From NCBI GenBank assembly GCA_964016885.1, contig OZ024741.1, positions 354,764,001 to 354,828,000 on the forward strand: 64,000 bases of DNA, in the 5' to 3' direction. The position numbers and the translations under genes were made by a program. Under the pieces are notes generated by a model. That model searched no databases, had not been told where the DNA came from, and saw only the letters and a program-made list of their open reading frames with translations. This document shows positions 12,302 through 25,374 of the stretch, in pieces; positions within the stretch are counted from its first letter, which is position 1; the number at the start of each line of letters is the position of its first letter. The DNA comes from Eledone cirrhosa (lineage: Eukaryota).

Positions 12302-12597
12302 TAAAAAATAACCAGGGTTTAAATTCAATCATCATTTAATTGATTGATGAATGTTTTGATTAAAATAACAGGAAAGCTCATTCCTGCTATACTAATCTCT
12401 TCAGAATCTATTAAATAACATTAATTTACCAATACGTTGACATTTTCTTATGGACATGCGTTGGTAAATATTGTCATTTAATAGATTCTGAAGAGATTAA
12501 TATAGCAGGGATGAATATTCCTGTTATTTTAATCGACACATTTGTCAATCAATTAAATGATTTAATTTAATTTAAATCCTGATTATTTTTTATTCAT
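12297..12597. mobile_element. Aged fold-back element (imperfect ~300-bp palindrome) next to (TA)n, with a decayed HHR in each arm
   Basis: Arms mirror about position 12446. HHR-like motifs at 12484-12550(+) and 12342-12408(-). A further family fragment is at ~29492-29563. Confidence 0.75.
12484..12550 (+). ncRNA. Decayed type I hammerhead ribozyme (GAAA to GACA); mirror copy 12342-12408(-) has GAAA to AAAA
   Basis: GAUU-CUGAAGA-GAUUA..long stem II..UAAUC-GACA-CAUUUG-UC-AAUC. Stem I GAUU/AAUC, GUC triplet. Confidence 0.65.
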
Positions 12598-12817
12598 TTA
12601 TGTATATGTTCCTACCCATGCTGGCATTGGAAATGGATGTTAAAAGATGATGATGATGCTCTGTGATATTGCAAATCTACTGTGATTGGAAATTTACCGA
12701 TTGGATTAAGCTCTGAACTGTCTCCTACTTATCTTGCTGTGGACTATAAAAATCACATTGAGCTTTGAAATATTCTTTGCCTTTTATATGGTTGTATTAT
12801 CAACTCACCTAAACTCT

Positions 12818-12848
<31 letters not shown>

Positions 12849-13436
12849 CTGTTTGTATCTGTGTGTATGTATATGAATGTGTGACTGTGTCTGTATTTAC
12901 TGGAGGTTTTTATGTTCCAAAACTGAGCAGTTTAACAAAAAGAGATAGATAAAATAAAAAGTGGAGTTGATATGATCAACTAAATTTCTTCAATGCAGGC
13001 AGTTCCCCAGCATGATGCAATCTAATGACTGAAACCAATAAAAGACTAAAGAATAATAATTCATTAACATTTTTTTAATGTAAACTTATATTCTGTGATG
13101 TTAGGAGGAAACAATGTTAATCATTGTAAATGCCAAGTTATTCCAGCCCTTACCTTCTTCATAACATGATTGGGTGCTTTATAATACAATAGATTATTTC
13201 ATTAATTGGCCTGCTGCTATTTTATTATTGTGTGTGTGTCTTAGTGTATATATGTGTATACTCACAAACATATATATAAAACAAGTTAAATATATCCCAA
13301 GCTCATTTATGTATATGTTCCTACCCATGCTGGCATTGGAAATGGATGTTAAAAGATGATGATGATGCTATGTGATATTGCAAATCAGGCCAGTGCTTAT
13401 CTTAGTTTTATTGGTGTTAAGCAAAACCGAGAGTAC

Positions 13437-13870
13437 AAGACTTCTTCTTCACCCACTTATTCATGAGAGAGTTGTGGGGGCAGAGTCCTCAAGCACTCCT
13501 TCCAGTGGGTCCTGTCAGAAGCGAGACCAGCCAAGCTCATGGATGTTATCCAACCATTTTGCTTGGGGTCTACCCCTGGGTCTCTTGCCAGTTGGTTTTG
13601 GCTGTAAAATCTGTCTAACGATTCTTTCCTGAGACATCCTAACCACCTGCTTATAGTATCGGAGCTGTGATCTCTCAATTCAGAGAAGTAGCAGCTCTAC
13701 CTGGAGTGACTCTCTGATCTCCGAGCTACGCACTCTATCGAGTAACATTACTCCAAAGACTTTTCGGAGGAATCCCATTTCGTCTGCTTGTATTCATATT
13801 CTTTCAGTCATTACCCAAGATTCATGACCATAGGTAAGGGTTGGCATGAATACCAAACTGAAGACAGCAA
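13437..13870 (-). mobile_element. RTE-like LINE 3' fragment (second family), degenerate
   Basis: Reverse complement reads QADEMGFLRKVFGVMLLDRVRSSEIRESL..RWLG..RPRGRPQAKWLD with frameshifts. Confidence 0.7.
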
Positions 13871-14340
13871 AGATTATTTTGATCAATTTCATTTATGTGT
13901 TTGAATGTGTTGGTAAATTTATATAACTGACATTAGTATAATTGGTCTTCATCATATTTACAGTTGAAGAAAGCTGAAGTTCTTTTCAATTATTTAGGTT
14001 ATAAGTTTATAGAAAGTGGTCAGAGTCATGCATGGGTGTTGGCTGAAATAAATATTTTGTCCCTTGAGCTTATACTCAAGTTATTTATTACATTTACAGG
14101 CCTATAAAACATTTCTTGCTATGACTGTTTGTTTGTATTTAATAGAAATTAGTTGAATGGTTTACTTAGTATTGTTAATATATTCATCAATGTCTTTTCT
14201 TCTTTATTTCTTTATTATCATTACTATTCCTTTCCTCCTTGTCTTCTGTGTGTAACCATTTTAGAATCGGTATGCCAGGATAATGTAGTCATGGACATAC
14301 TGGAATGAGCCCCTCTACTAGGACTCCACTCGGCTTTTGT

Positions 14341-14645
14341 CCCTATTCTCATCCCCACTGTAACATCTGTCCCTTTGTTTCTAGCCTCACCACTCTCACA
14401 GGCATTAATGGTTCATTCCGTCTCTGCAACTCCTTCACCTGAACATCCACCCACATAGTCTATGTCCTCTGATGTTCCCTTTGTAGGTCCTTATACATTG
14501 GACAAACAGGACGCCATTTGGCGGACCATTTTGCTGAACATTTGAGGGACATACGACTCATTATGGATATCCCCGTCACTCTTCATTTCCATTCCCCAGG
14601 CCACGCTTCCCTACATGTTGGTGTCCTTTTACATCACGGATCACA
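14341..14645 (+). pseudogene. Penelope-like (Neptune-type) GIY-YIG endonuclease remnant
   Basis: The frame from 14341 reads PYSHPHCNICPF..NSFT*TSTHIVYVL*CSLCRSLYIGQTGRHLADHFAEHLRDIR..PVTLHFHSPGH. This is the VY...C..C...YIGQT.R.L...F.EH signature with two stops. Confidence 0.85.
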
Positions 14646-14775
14646 GATATATCATCATCATCATCGTTTAACGTCCATCTTCCATGCTAGCATGGATTAG
14701 ACAATTATAGTCCTGTAGAAGCCTTTTCTATATTAAATACATATATATATATACATACGCACATAGATGCATGTG

Positions 14776-14806
<31 letters not shown>

Positions 14807-15426
14807 TTTTTCAGGGTTTTAAATAGTTCTGTTTTGAACACATTCAGAAAAACTGTAAAACTTTTTAACCTCCTGTTTCACATAAAACCATATTGCCTAA
14901 TGTAAGAGAAAAAACTCTAACCCTACCACCATTTCCTCAACCTCCAGAGAATCTTAGGTTATGCCTCCTCAAAACAATAAACAATTTTATATGCAGTTTT
15001 TAATTAATGTTGTTGTGCTGAGTTGTTGGAGAACCAATTCACCACATAAGATGTGAGAGCACTGTATAAGCTTATATCTTGACCATTCACCATGTCTCAT
15101 TATAGTTTCATTTTAAATTTATAACCAGCCCACTCTGTAAAGTGGTAATACCAGTGTTATGATAAAATGCACCCAGCTCAGTCTGTAATGCACTGGTGTC
15201 ACGATAAAATGCACCCAGTGCACACTGAAGTGGTTGGCACCAGGAAGAACATGCCAAACTGGAAGATATGAGTAAAATGTAGTCAGTCATTTGATCTATC
15301 TTGTCACAAAATGTGATAACCTATCCAACCCATGACAGTGAATGTTGATGATGATCTATATTTTCTTAAGTAGGATTGTATTTAATTTCTCTGTGCCACT
15401 CCTTTAATTTCTCCCAAATAATTCCT

Positions 15427-16012
15427 TTAACTCTTAATGACCTGTACCACATGAAACATTCTTGAAAAGTAATAAACAGCCATATGGCTGCATCGAAAAA
15501 TCTTTAGTCTTTAATTTCATTTATTGTAAATTTTCATAACGTTCTGTTTGCTAGTAAAACTGATGATGAGGATAATGATTAGTACCTAATGAGTTCTTTC
15601 TATTTTAAAACTGTAAGATATGATTTGAGGAAATATGGCTTTTTAGTTTATTTTATTTTTTTTAGTAGAAGGTTTGAGCAAATGATAGAACAAAAATTGA
15701 TTATTCACTTGGGAAAGGCATATGATTCAATATAAGTAAAATCATTAATGAAATGCAACAGAATAGTGGTGGTCCTTGAGTTTGGTTTTTGTCATATGAA
15801 CTCTTAATGTCCTAAACTGCACAAAACTCTATTAGTAAGATATTCTTACTAATACAAAACAGCACTATGACTACATTACATTAACAGTCTTTATTTTAGT
15901 TTACTGCAAATTTCCACAAAAATCTGTCCATTGATAAAGATAATATAAACATTTGAATTAAGCCTGTTTTTATATATCTGCTGCTAAATCATTATAGGGT
16001 GTTAAGAGTTAA
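15427..16012. mobile_element. TTAA-flanked MITE (piggyBac-like termini); shorter relative at 62621-62846
   Basis: TTAA|CTCTTAATGAC...GTGTTAAGAG|TTAA; internal similarity to 62621-62846. Confidence 0.65.
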
Positions 16013-17811
16013 ATATTGTTTTGTCCATTTAGTCTAATCTAGAATACTATTGTTTGAAATAGTCATATGAGGAAAATAACATAACACCTAACTGTTGGTT
16101 TTTGTTTTCGACCATCATCTCACTCACTTTGTAAAATAATTTTATATATCATAGATATGTTGTATGATAATGTTTTGTTAAGTAGATGTTAGCTACTTCA
16201 TAGAGTAGTAGTAGTGGTGGTGGTGGCAGTAGTAGTAATAGAAGGAGAGTGATAGTAGTATTAGTAGTAGTACTTGACTGGTACTATAAGGCTAACAATT
16301 TAGGAGTCAGGTTTGTCGATTATTTGGTTGTATATTTTATCTCCCAGAAGGATGAAAGGCAAAGTTTGCCACCAAAGAGCAGACACAGATTCCATCTTGA
16401 CCTTCCCTCTTTTGATCCAGCTGAACATAAAGGATGTAACAGGTGGATAGAAAGATAGATAGCGGCAGAGAGAGAGAAGGAGAAGAACAGACAGTCAGTC
16501 AGAAAGCTGAACCAGTAATAGTTGGTATCAATATCTAAAGTTTATAAGTACGCAGTTTATCTTCAACAATTCTTTGTATCATCTGGTGTTCTTATTAACT
16601 GTTCCTTCAATCATGTTATCTTCATAATGTTATCAATGTAGTTTTTTTTTCTAGGTTTTCTTCCTGACGTTTTTTCAAAGGGTCTTTTTCAGAAACCAGC
16701 AACATTTTGTAGTCTATCTGCTCTTATGGCATGCTCAAATTATCTAAGTCTTTGTTTCTCTAGTTCTTTTCAAGGTTCTGTTCAATTTCATTTTGGTACA
16801 ACATATACTCATTTAATAGGGTTGTATATGAAGGCTCATACGATATGTTTATGTATAATAAACATACAAAAATCTTGCTGTGAATATTTTGAGCCAAGAT
16901 CATGTCACAACTATTTCAGTAACTGGTGAAAATATCATACATGTATTTCTGGATTTTTATCCATCATTGGGTGGTCAGGGTACTTTTTATCAGGACAAAA
17001 GCACTAACATTTTACAGGGTAGACTGGGTTCCTTTTTAGGGTAAATATTATACATAAATAAAGTAGCTCTAACACTAACAAGATACTTTAGCCATGACAT
17101 GGCAAGATAAAAAATAACAAAATCATTATGAACCAAAAACCAGACAATAAAACCAAGAACTCATTATCCCCCACTACTCTTGTCTACCTCTGACTCAATT
17201 AGCAAACTTGTTGAATGAAATCACCAAACTATAAACCATCTCCTCCATACGGATGACTTGAAGATATTTACAAAGGATAATATTGATTTTTAATTTAGAC
17301 AGAAGGCCAGTAAAAAGGGCAAAATTGATTAAATCACCTCCAGTACTTAACTGGTACTTTATTTTATCAATCCTGGGAAAAATGAAAGGCAAAATTGACT
17401 GGTAGGATTTGAACTTAGATCGTAGAAAGTCATAATTAAATACTGCAAAGTATTTTATCCAATACTGCACCAATATGGCTAATCCATCACCCTTACTAAG
17501 AATAATATTGAGCTGACAACCTAGTAAAGGTTCTTAAAACATTCAGCCAAAAGAAAAGAATGAGTATGAGAGTAGACTAGTATACCAAAGCTACTATGAG
17601 AAAAGACAAATTAACTAGAACTGTGAATATTTCATTATATGTAAAAATCAGAGAATTAGACTAAAATCAACCATACAGATATGTAAAAGTAAATGATATT
17701 GATAAAATCACTTAGAAATGGAAAAAATTATGAAAGGGTACTGTAGCAGAATTAAACTAATATTGATTTCTAAGGCACAAGTTCAGCAAATTTCGGGGAA
17801 AGGTAAAGTTG

Positions 17812-18041
17812 ATTAACCCTTTAGTATTTACATTACTTTATATTTACTATTGTATTTTCACAGAAAAGGCTTTACCTTACATAATTATCTCACATAATAT
17901 TGAAAATATGAGATTTTGATATTATTTATTTTGAGAACAATGCTTTAACATAAGTATGAGCAGTCGATTATGACTGGTTTAAACAGAAAAAGGTGAGAGA
18001 ATTCTGGCCAGATATGGCCGGTTTAAATGCTAAAGTGTTAA
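17812..18041. mobile_element. TTAA-flanked MITE; second copy at 22301-22514
   Basis: TTAA|CCCTTTTAG.ATTTA...TAAATGCTAAAG.G|TTAA; two similar copies. Confidence 0.75.
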
Positions 18042-18506
18042 ATCAATTGAGTAGTACTTTATTTTATTGACCTCAGAAGGATGTAAGGCAAAGTTAACCT
18101 CAGCAGCATATGAATTCAGAATGTAAAGAGCCAGAATAAATAATACAATAGCATTTGCATAGTTAGATTAATATTAACAACTGAACTTAATTCTAGAAAT
18201 AAGTCAGTAAGTATAACTATCTACTGCCTTATAAAGTACAGCTTAATGTAATAAACTGAACATTTAGTGAGTTGATAAGCTTAGACAAGAAACTACTCAC
18301 ATCATTTCCAAGTCACTGCCCTAAAGCTGATACAGCTAAAAGATACCTGTCCCACACACAAGGATGATGGGGTCAGATACAATTAGAATACTAGTATAAA
18401 ATAGCAGTGGAACTAAAAAGATGCTTAGAAGTGAATAAAGGGAAACTGATAAGTATAATGAGAAATTATAAAAAAGCCAAAAACGTTTTCATATATATAT
18501 ATATAT

Positions 18507-18887
18507 GCATAAGGAAAGTATATACTTTCAGACGTTCAACCATCTGGCAGGAAGGTATACGTTGCTGATGATAGCTAATAAGCTTGAAACTAGTACATCG
18601 TTCCTGTGTCAGTGTTGAACAAAAAGGTGACGTGGTTGCCTAAACACTGTACGGCGTAATTTGGGCTGTTTGTTTGTTTACAAACAAACAAACAAACCGA
18701 GCATTATAATAAATGTTCGGTAAACCGATACGTGCATATATATATATATGTGTGCATGTATGTATATATATACATACTACTGTATGTCTGTATACATATA
18801 TGTATGTACGTATACATACATACATACTTACATTTAAGTAAGTGCCGTACTAAGAGTGAGAAATGAAATTTCGTTTCATTCTATTCC
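18507..18887 (+). mobile_element. PLE-like pseudo-LTR element (family shared with 24894-25345) flanked by (TA)n
   Basis: Shares ccgagcattataata..catactactgta..gccgtactaagagtgagaaatgaaatttt with 25159-25345 and contains an HHR. Confidence 0.7.
18559..18601 (+). ncRNA. Type I minimal hammerhead ribozyme
   Basis: ACGUUG-CUGAUGA-U-AGCU(AAUA)AGCU-U-GAAA-CUAG-UA-CAUCGU. Palindromic stem III ACUAGU, GUA triplet, stem I 5/6 bp. Confidence 0.75.
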
Positions 18888-21107
18888 ATATATATATATA
18901 ATCAAACCAATAAAGTATAACTTGGAATAACTGAAGAAACAGATTTAGATTATGACAAAAACAATTGAAAAGGTAAAACAAAATGAAACAAATTCGAAAT
19001 GGATTTCCAAAATATATTGAATAAAAAAAATGAAAAGGAAAACCACTCCATGACCAATATCCCACAAGGCTTGACAGAGAAAGAACCAACAATGGCTCCA
19101 AAGCTCCGGATTAAAAGCAGAAACAAAAGTTCTGATTCTAACTCCACAAGACCAATATCCATCCCACCACTCTAAAAAACACAAAGTTACTAACATCAAA
19201 TGCTAACTATGCAACCAGTGCAATGAGATGGTTAACCATGTCATCTCTGGCTGCCAAGTTTGAATATATACACACACAATAGAGTCAGCTACTATGACAC
19301 ATGCAGAACAATGAGACAGTTGTCCACATGATGTCTGACAGCCCACTCATTGCCAAGTCTGAATATATATAGTTGGCCACATCATTTCTGGCTGATTAGG
19401 TTTTGCTGAGACAATATATAAACAGACATTATTGAGTTGGAACCTCTGTCCACTGAGTAATATTTCAACACTGCGATGTGAAAACTGACAAGAAGTGGTA
19501 CAAACATGTATGAAACCTGAAACACAACAACAACTTGTGACACCCCTATCAAACCTATCATGGTAATCAAGGTTAACTGTTGAGATATAGTAGTTATTTT
19601 AGACTGAATATATGCATTATGATCCTACCTGACCAAAACATTATTTAGAAAAGAAGTGGAAAAACTATCTGAATACAAGTATTCCAAATTGAAAGAAACA
19701 ATGTGGAGCACGAAAGTAAAAACTGTTCCAATAATAATTGGAGCATCAGATTTAATAATAATAAAACATGAATAAAAACTTACATTCGTTACTTGTGTTC
19801 TCAGTATGTTCACAGTTAAAAAAAATAGTTCTACTATATCTAGCTTTTTATGCAAGACACTTTTAATTCAATAGCACGACCCAGTTAACATAGTCCTTGC
19901 ATACAATGCAATCTATATACAATAACAACCTGATAATATAACACTCTCTGCGCACAACACATACTCTATACGATTCAACAACAAGCATTTTGAGGTCATT
20001 TATCAACTAAAGCAGGAGTTAGCTTTGGACATCCCATGATAGACTTAATACTCTCCATAAGGTCCTTTTAGAGGCAATTTTTTACTGCTGAATGCTCATT
20101 TTGGCACCAACTTCTTTAGTCCCTCTTGCAATATTACAGTGTACCTATCCTAAGCCGGATATACATAGAGAACATATGCTATAGAATAACCCCTCCCTCC
20201 TGTAATATAACACAACCCACACAGCACATACCCTAAACAAGAAATATCCAATAAAATAACATCACACACAACACTTACCCTATTGGATCAATCAATACCC
20301 AATAAGATAACACAATACATACTCCTAAATAACTGATACCTTATACTATAACACTGCTAACTGACACAACTCACATTCTACAAAGCTGCAACTCATTAAT
20401 GCTCCACAAACCACACACCAAACTGAATTAACATGATACAATATATGATCTTTGAATCACTACATTTAGCTGCTACACGTAGAAAGTTTAGTTACTATAC
20501 TTTTACTGTTTTCAGTCATTATACTGCAGCCTTGAAAGGATATAGTTGATCAAATCAACCCCAGTATATATTTGTTCAAGTCTGGTACTTATTTCATCAA
20601 TCTTTTAGTGTCAAACAGCTATATTATGTGACATAAATAAGCATGGTTAAAGATGATAGAGGAGTATATGAAAGCCAAAGGGTAGGTGAGGTGGATGCTC
20701 AGGATAGAGCAAAATGGAAAAGCTTGTCATAAGATCTGTAAAACTAACTCTTGCTTTAGGAAAATAGCCTTAAAATGGGTTGTTGTATTATCAAGGAACA
20801 ACAGGACTCTTATATCTTGTTTGTACACTTGCTCTACATCTAACATTACTATAACATTACTATGACTTGGGTAAACAACAGTTCTACATTTCTTTCAATA
20901 AACCCAACTCAATCGGTCCATAGCTGCACCTATTAGCGTTTATTCTTTTGCTTGTTAATCTTTGCATCTTTTATGTACTGCCTTCATAACAAAGACTTGT
21001 TAAAAAGAAAAAATAATTTTAAAATACAAAGTCCCATTGTATATGTGACATATCATATCATACATATATTATGTTTATTTCAGTTTGCCTAGTGTTGGAG
21101 GCACATT

Positions 21108-21471
21108 GCATTGGCCTTGCAATCGAAAGGTTGTGAATTCAATTCTCAGACCAGGTGATGTGTTGTTTCCTTGAGCAAGACACTTTATTTCACATTGTTC
21201 CAGTTTACTCAGCTGTAGAAATGAGATGATAGGGACTGGGGTCCATATCATTCCACTGCAAAGTGGTCGTGGAGGTGCCATGGCAAAAAAGCGCCCAGCC
21301 CACACTGTAAAGTGGACGTGGAGGTGCCACAGAAAAAAAGCACCCAGCACTCACTGTAAATGAGGCTGGTGTTAGGAAGGGCATCCATCTGTAGAAATCA
21401 AGCCAGAATCAGTTCTCGTCCCACCTTTGCAAGCAGGGAAAAGCGGACTTAAAATGATTATGATGATGATG
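21108..21471 (+). mobile_element. SINE with RTE-derived tail
   Basis: Same family as 2657-3004. Confidence 0.8.
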
Positions 21472-21821
21472 AACACTGAATACATATATAATGTACTTCG
21501 TAATGTCATCTGTGAAATGAACTAGTAATGCATGGCTGGCAGTTGGGCATTTAAACCATTATGTCAATTAAAAAGAAATGAATAAAAGTGATAAATCTCA
21601 AAACTAATTGTGTATCTTGTTTCGGTGAATGATAACTATTGAATGGCAATGAAAATAATAGATATATAGATAGTTAATAATATATGAAATAGTATCCAAG
21701 GAAAGCTAAAAGTAGAACACTTATTATGTTGAAGTTTAGGTGTTAGAACCAACTTTCCACTCACAGATCCACATATACACAAACACTTTTACATAAACAA
21801 AAACATATATATTTATATATA

Positions 21822-21958
<137 letters not shown>

Positions 21959-22300
21959 TGTGTGTGTATATTATATGTATGTGTGTGTGTGCATATTATA
22001 TGTATGTATGTGTGTGCATGTGTTTATATATAATATAGTTTGGCTGAGCCAAAATAATTTGTTATATGCTGTACCCTTTTCTCCTGATCATTAAGACTAA
22101 TGGATATATATATATTAATTGTTTCAATGTAAATCAGATCAGTTTCTAAAGGTAAATATTTACAAATTTATTGATTTTTTTTCTTCTATATTTACAGACT
22201 TTACAGTGTTTTCCTTTTCTAATTAAGATAATCATACATATTTATATGTACATATAAATAATTGTCACACACACACACCTTTTGTTAGTTTACAAAATGT

Positions 22301-22514
22301 TTAACTCTTTAGCATTTACATTACTCTATATTTACTATTATATTTTCACGGTAAAGGCTTTATTTCACATAATTATCTCACATAATATCGAATCTATGAG
22401 ATTTTGATATTATTTATTTTGACAACAACTGAGTAGCCAGTTACAGTCGGTTTGAACAGAAAGTGGTGAGAGAATTCTGGCCACATATGGCCGGTTTAAA
22501 TGCTAAAGGGTTAA
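22301..22514. mobile_element. TTAA-flanked MITE
   Basis: TTAA|CTCTTTAGCATTTA...TAAATGCTAAAGGG|TTAA. Confidence 0.8.
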
Positions 22515-24893
22515 ACAATATGTTAGTGAATATACACAATCCTTTTTCTAAAAAATTATCATATAACTCCATACTATTGTTGATGTCTAGATTTCTATAA
22601 TGGGACTTGATGTTTTAGTTTGAAATATTTATCCTTCAGTAGAGCCTTTTCAGTGAGTGGGTATCACCAGGACCAGTTAGCAAAGAGCTATCAAAGTAGA
22701 CACTGAGTCAGCACAAGCTGCTTCAAGGTGGCTGTGGCTCAGGAGAGATGATTCACTAATGATAATGACAATATCATTAAGCATATTTAATTTTTGGAGT
22801 CTAGGATTGGTATAGAATATATATACCAATTCATGTTGATTAAAGATAAGAATGATATTTTAATAATATATTTCTTGGATATGATTAACATAAATTTTCA
22901 GCATATATGTAGATTAAATGTATGAGTAACTTTGGAGAAATAACTAAATACTGTTACAAATGTATGGTTAGCTCTTGTGAGAAGAAAGGGTAGCTATTAT
23001 TGACTGAGATAGAAAATTTATAGTGTGTATGTTTGTGTGTGTAAATGTTAGAGAGTTACAGATGGATACATATATATATTTATACATACTAACACACATG
23101 GTGTATAATTATGATTGGCAAGAAATGTTTTTACTTTAATTCTAAATAAAAGTCTACTACTTGACTAGCAACTTACTATGGTTCATAAATTGTATTATGC
23201 CCATTGTTCATTGTATTCACAAAATATAATTATCAAATCAAATCAAATTTAATTTTGTGAAGTATCATGTGGGGGTTAGTTCAATACTCAACTCTATGTT
23301 ATTACAAAGCTGAGCAGAACATCGTTGTGGTCTACTACCTGGCTATAATATATAGTCCATAACATCAAGTGTTTCAGTCTGAGATACCTCCATGAGGTCT
23401 TGTGTTTGTTTTTCTGTTGGAAGAAGCTATTGGTGAAGGTGAAATCATACCCAGCATACACAGACAGAAATATGGTGCTATGTCTATTGGCTTTTTCTAT
23501 AACATAATTCCTGATCACTCATTTTTAGTATTATTTTTATTTTTATAATTTTGTTCCTCCTTTTTCTGGCATTAATATGAGGCAACCTGCCCAAAACCAA
23601 CTTTAGATCTATGAAACAAAGCCACCCATTTTAAAGAGTTCCTATTTAAATTTAATTCTTTCATCATAATTCTATATTAAAACCATATGTTAAGTCTGCC
23701 TGCCATTGTGTGTGTAGCGTGGGGTTACTGGGTGGTACTATCTTCCACTTATACTTTTCAATAGTTCACCTCGCAGATTTAGAAACATTTATGATGATAT
23801 ATTTATTTCAAAATTCTACCTTAGAATTATTGCAAATTAGAATGCCCACCTATAATGTTCTGAAGCCACCCCCATCCATTTTCCTGAGCACCAAAAGCTG
23901 GTGATGAGTCTCTCCTTTGAAATTCTTCATTGATTAGTTGAAATAGAGTGTATTTCATAAGAAATATTGTCATGAAAGAGTTAAAGTCAATCATTAGGAC
24001 AACTTTGTGTGTTTGGAGTATTTCAGTCAGTACCTTACCTAACAATGTTTGATAGAAACAGTTTTTGTTCTAACTATTACATGACAGATCATAAAGTGTC
24101 AACAGGAATACAAATTAGCCACAGTGATAAATCTATCTGTCTCCTTTATTTCACCTTAAATCTTAACATCTTGTAATGATTTAACAAAATATCTGATATA
24201 AACAAATTAAAAACAAGTTTGTTAATTCAAATGTTTATAGTATCTTTATTAGTGGAGAAATCAACATGAATATTTGCCGCATTAGAGAAAAAACTTTAAT
24301 TTTAATGTGATGTATAGTGCTATTTTGTACTTTTCAAAAATGTCTTGTTAATGTGGCTTCAAATGTTTATAATATCTTTACTAGTTGACAGATCATTATG
24401 AAAATTTGTAGTATTAGAATAAAGACTTTTATTTTAATGTAATGTAGCTATAGTGGTATAAGAATATCTTGCTAATGTAGTTTCATGATGTACAGAATCC
24501 AAAGTTGAGTTCCACCACTATTCCATTGTATTTCATGGAAGATTTCACTTATATATAATCATATGCCTTTCACAAGTGAATAATCAGTCTGTTGCTCTAT
24601 CATTTGCACCAACCTCCTACTAAAAAAATAGCAGCCAAATTTCTTCAAATCATATTCTTAAATCATATCTTCGACTTGAATTCAGTGGCAGGACTTTTCT
24701 TGGGTGTACTTCCTTGAAAATGCTTGCTGAATACAAGCCAAGACTACTAGGTATCACGTCGGGTTTTTACCTTCCTTTATACCCAATCTGCTTCTTCCTG
24801 TGCATAGAGTACTACTCTGATTTGTGATCTCCCCAGTCTCAGCACTGTAGTACATCTCCAGCGTTAGAAGCTGAGTAAAGAAACAATAATAAT

Positions 24894-25345
24894 AATATAA
24901 GTATGTATACGTACGTACATACATATATGTATACAGACATACAGTAGTATGTATATATATATATATATATATATATACATGCACACATATATATATATGT
25001 ACGTATGGATTCACCGAACATTTATTATAATGCTCGGTGTGTTTGTAAACAAACATCCCGAATTAAACTGTACAGTGTCTAGCAACCATCGTTGCTCGTT
25101 TGTTCAACACTGACAAAGGAACGCTGTACTGGTTTCAAGCTTATTAGCTATCGTCAACCCGAGCATTATAATACATGTTTGGTGAATCCATACGTACATA
25201 TATATATATGTGTGTGTGCATGTATGTATATATATATACATACTACTGTACGTCTGTATACATATATGTATGTACGTATACATACTTATATTTAAGTAAC
25301 AGCCGTACTAAGAGTGAGAAATGAAATTTTGTTTCATTTTTTCCG
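24894..25345. mobile_element. Fold-back PLE-like element (arms 24894-25037 and 25159-25292, tail to ~25345) with a truncated HHR at 25120-25158(-)
   Basis: Inverted arms visible. Reverse complement of the spacer end reads (U)UGACGA-UAGCUAAUAAGCUU-GAAA-CCAG-UA-CAGCGU. Confidence 0.75.
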
Positions 25346-25374
25346 TTTAATAATAATTATTATTATTATTATTA

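Larger units (their letters stand above)
17225..19860 (+). pseudogene. Highly fragmented R4/Dong-like (RLE) non-LTR retrotransposon with nested SINE, MITE and PLE insertions
   Basis: Remnant motifs INHLLHTDDLKIF (~17231), PKAD..RYL (~18320), LKAETK..QDQ and C..C...EMVNHVISGC (~19110-19255), KEVEKLSEYK..MW...KTVPIIIGA (~19650-19745). Confidence 0.65.
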
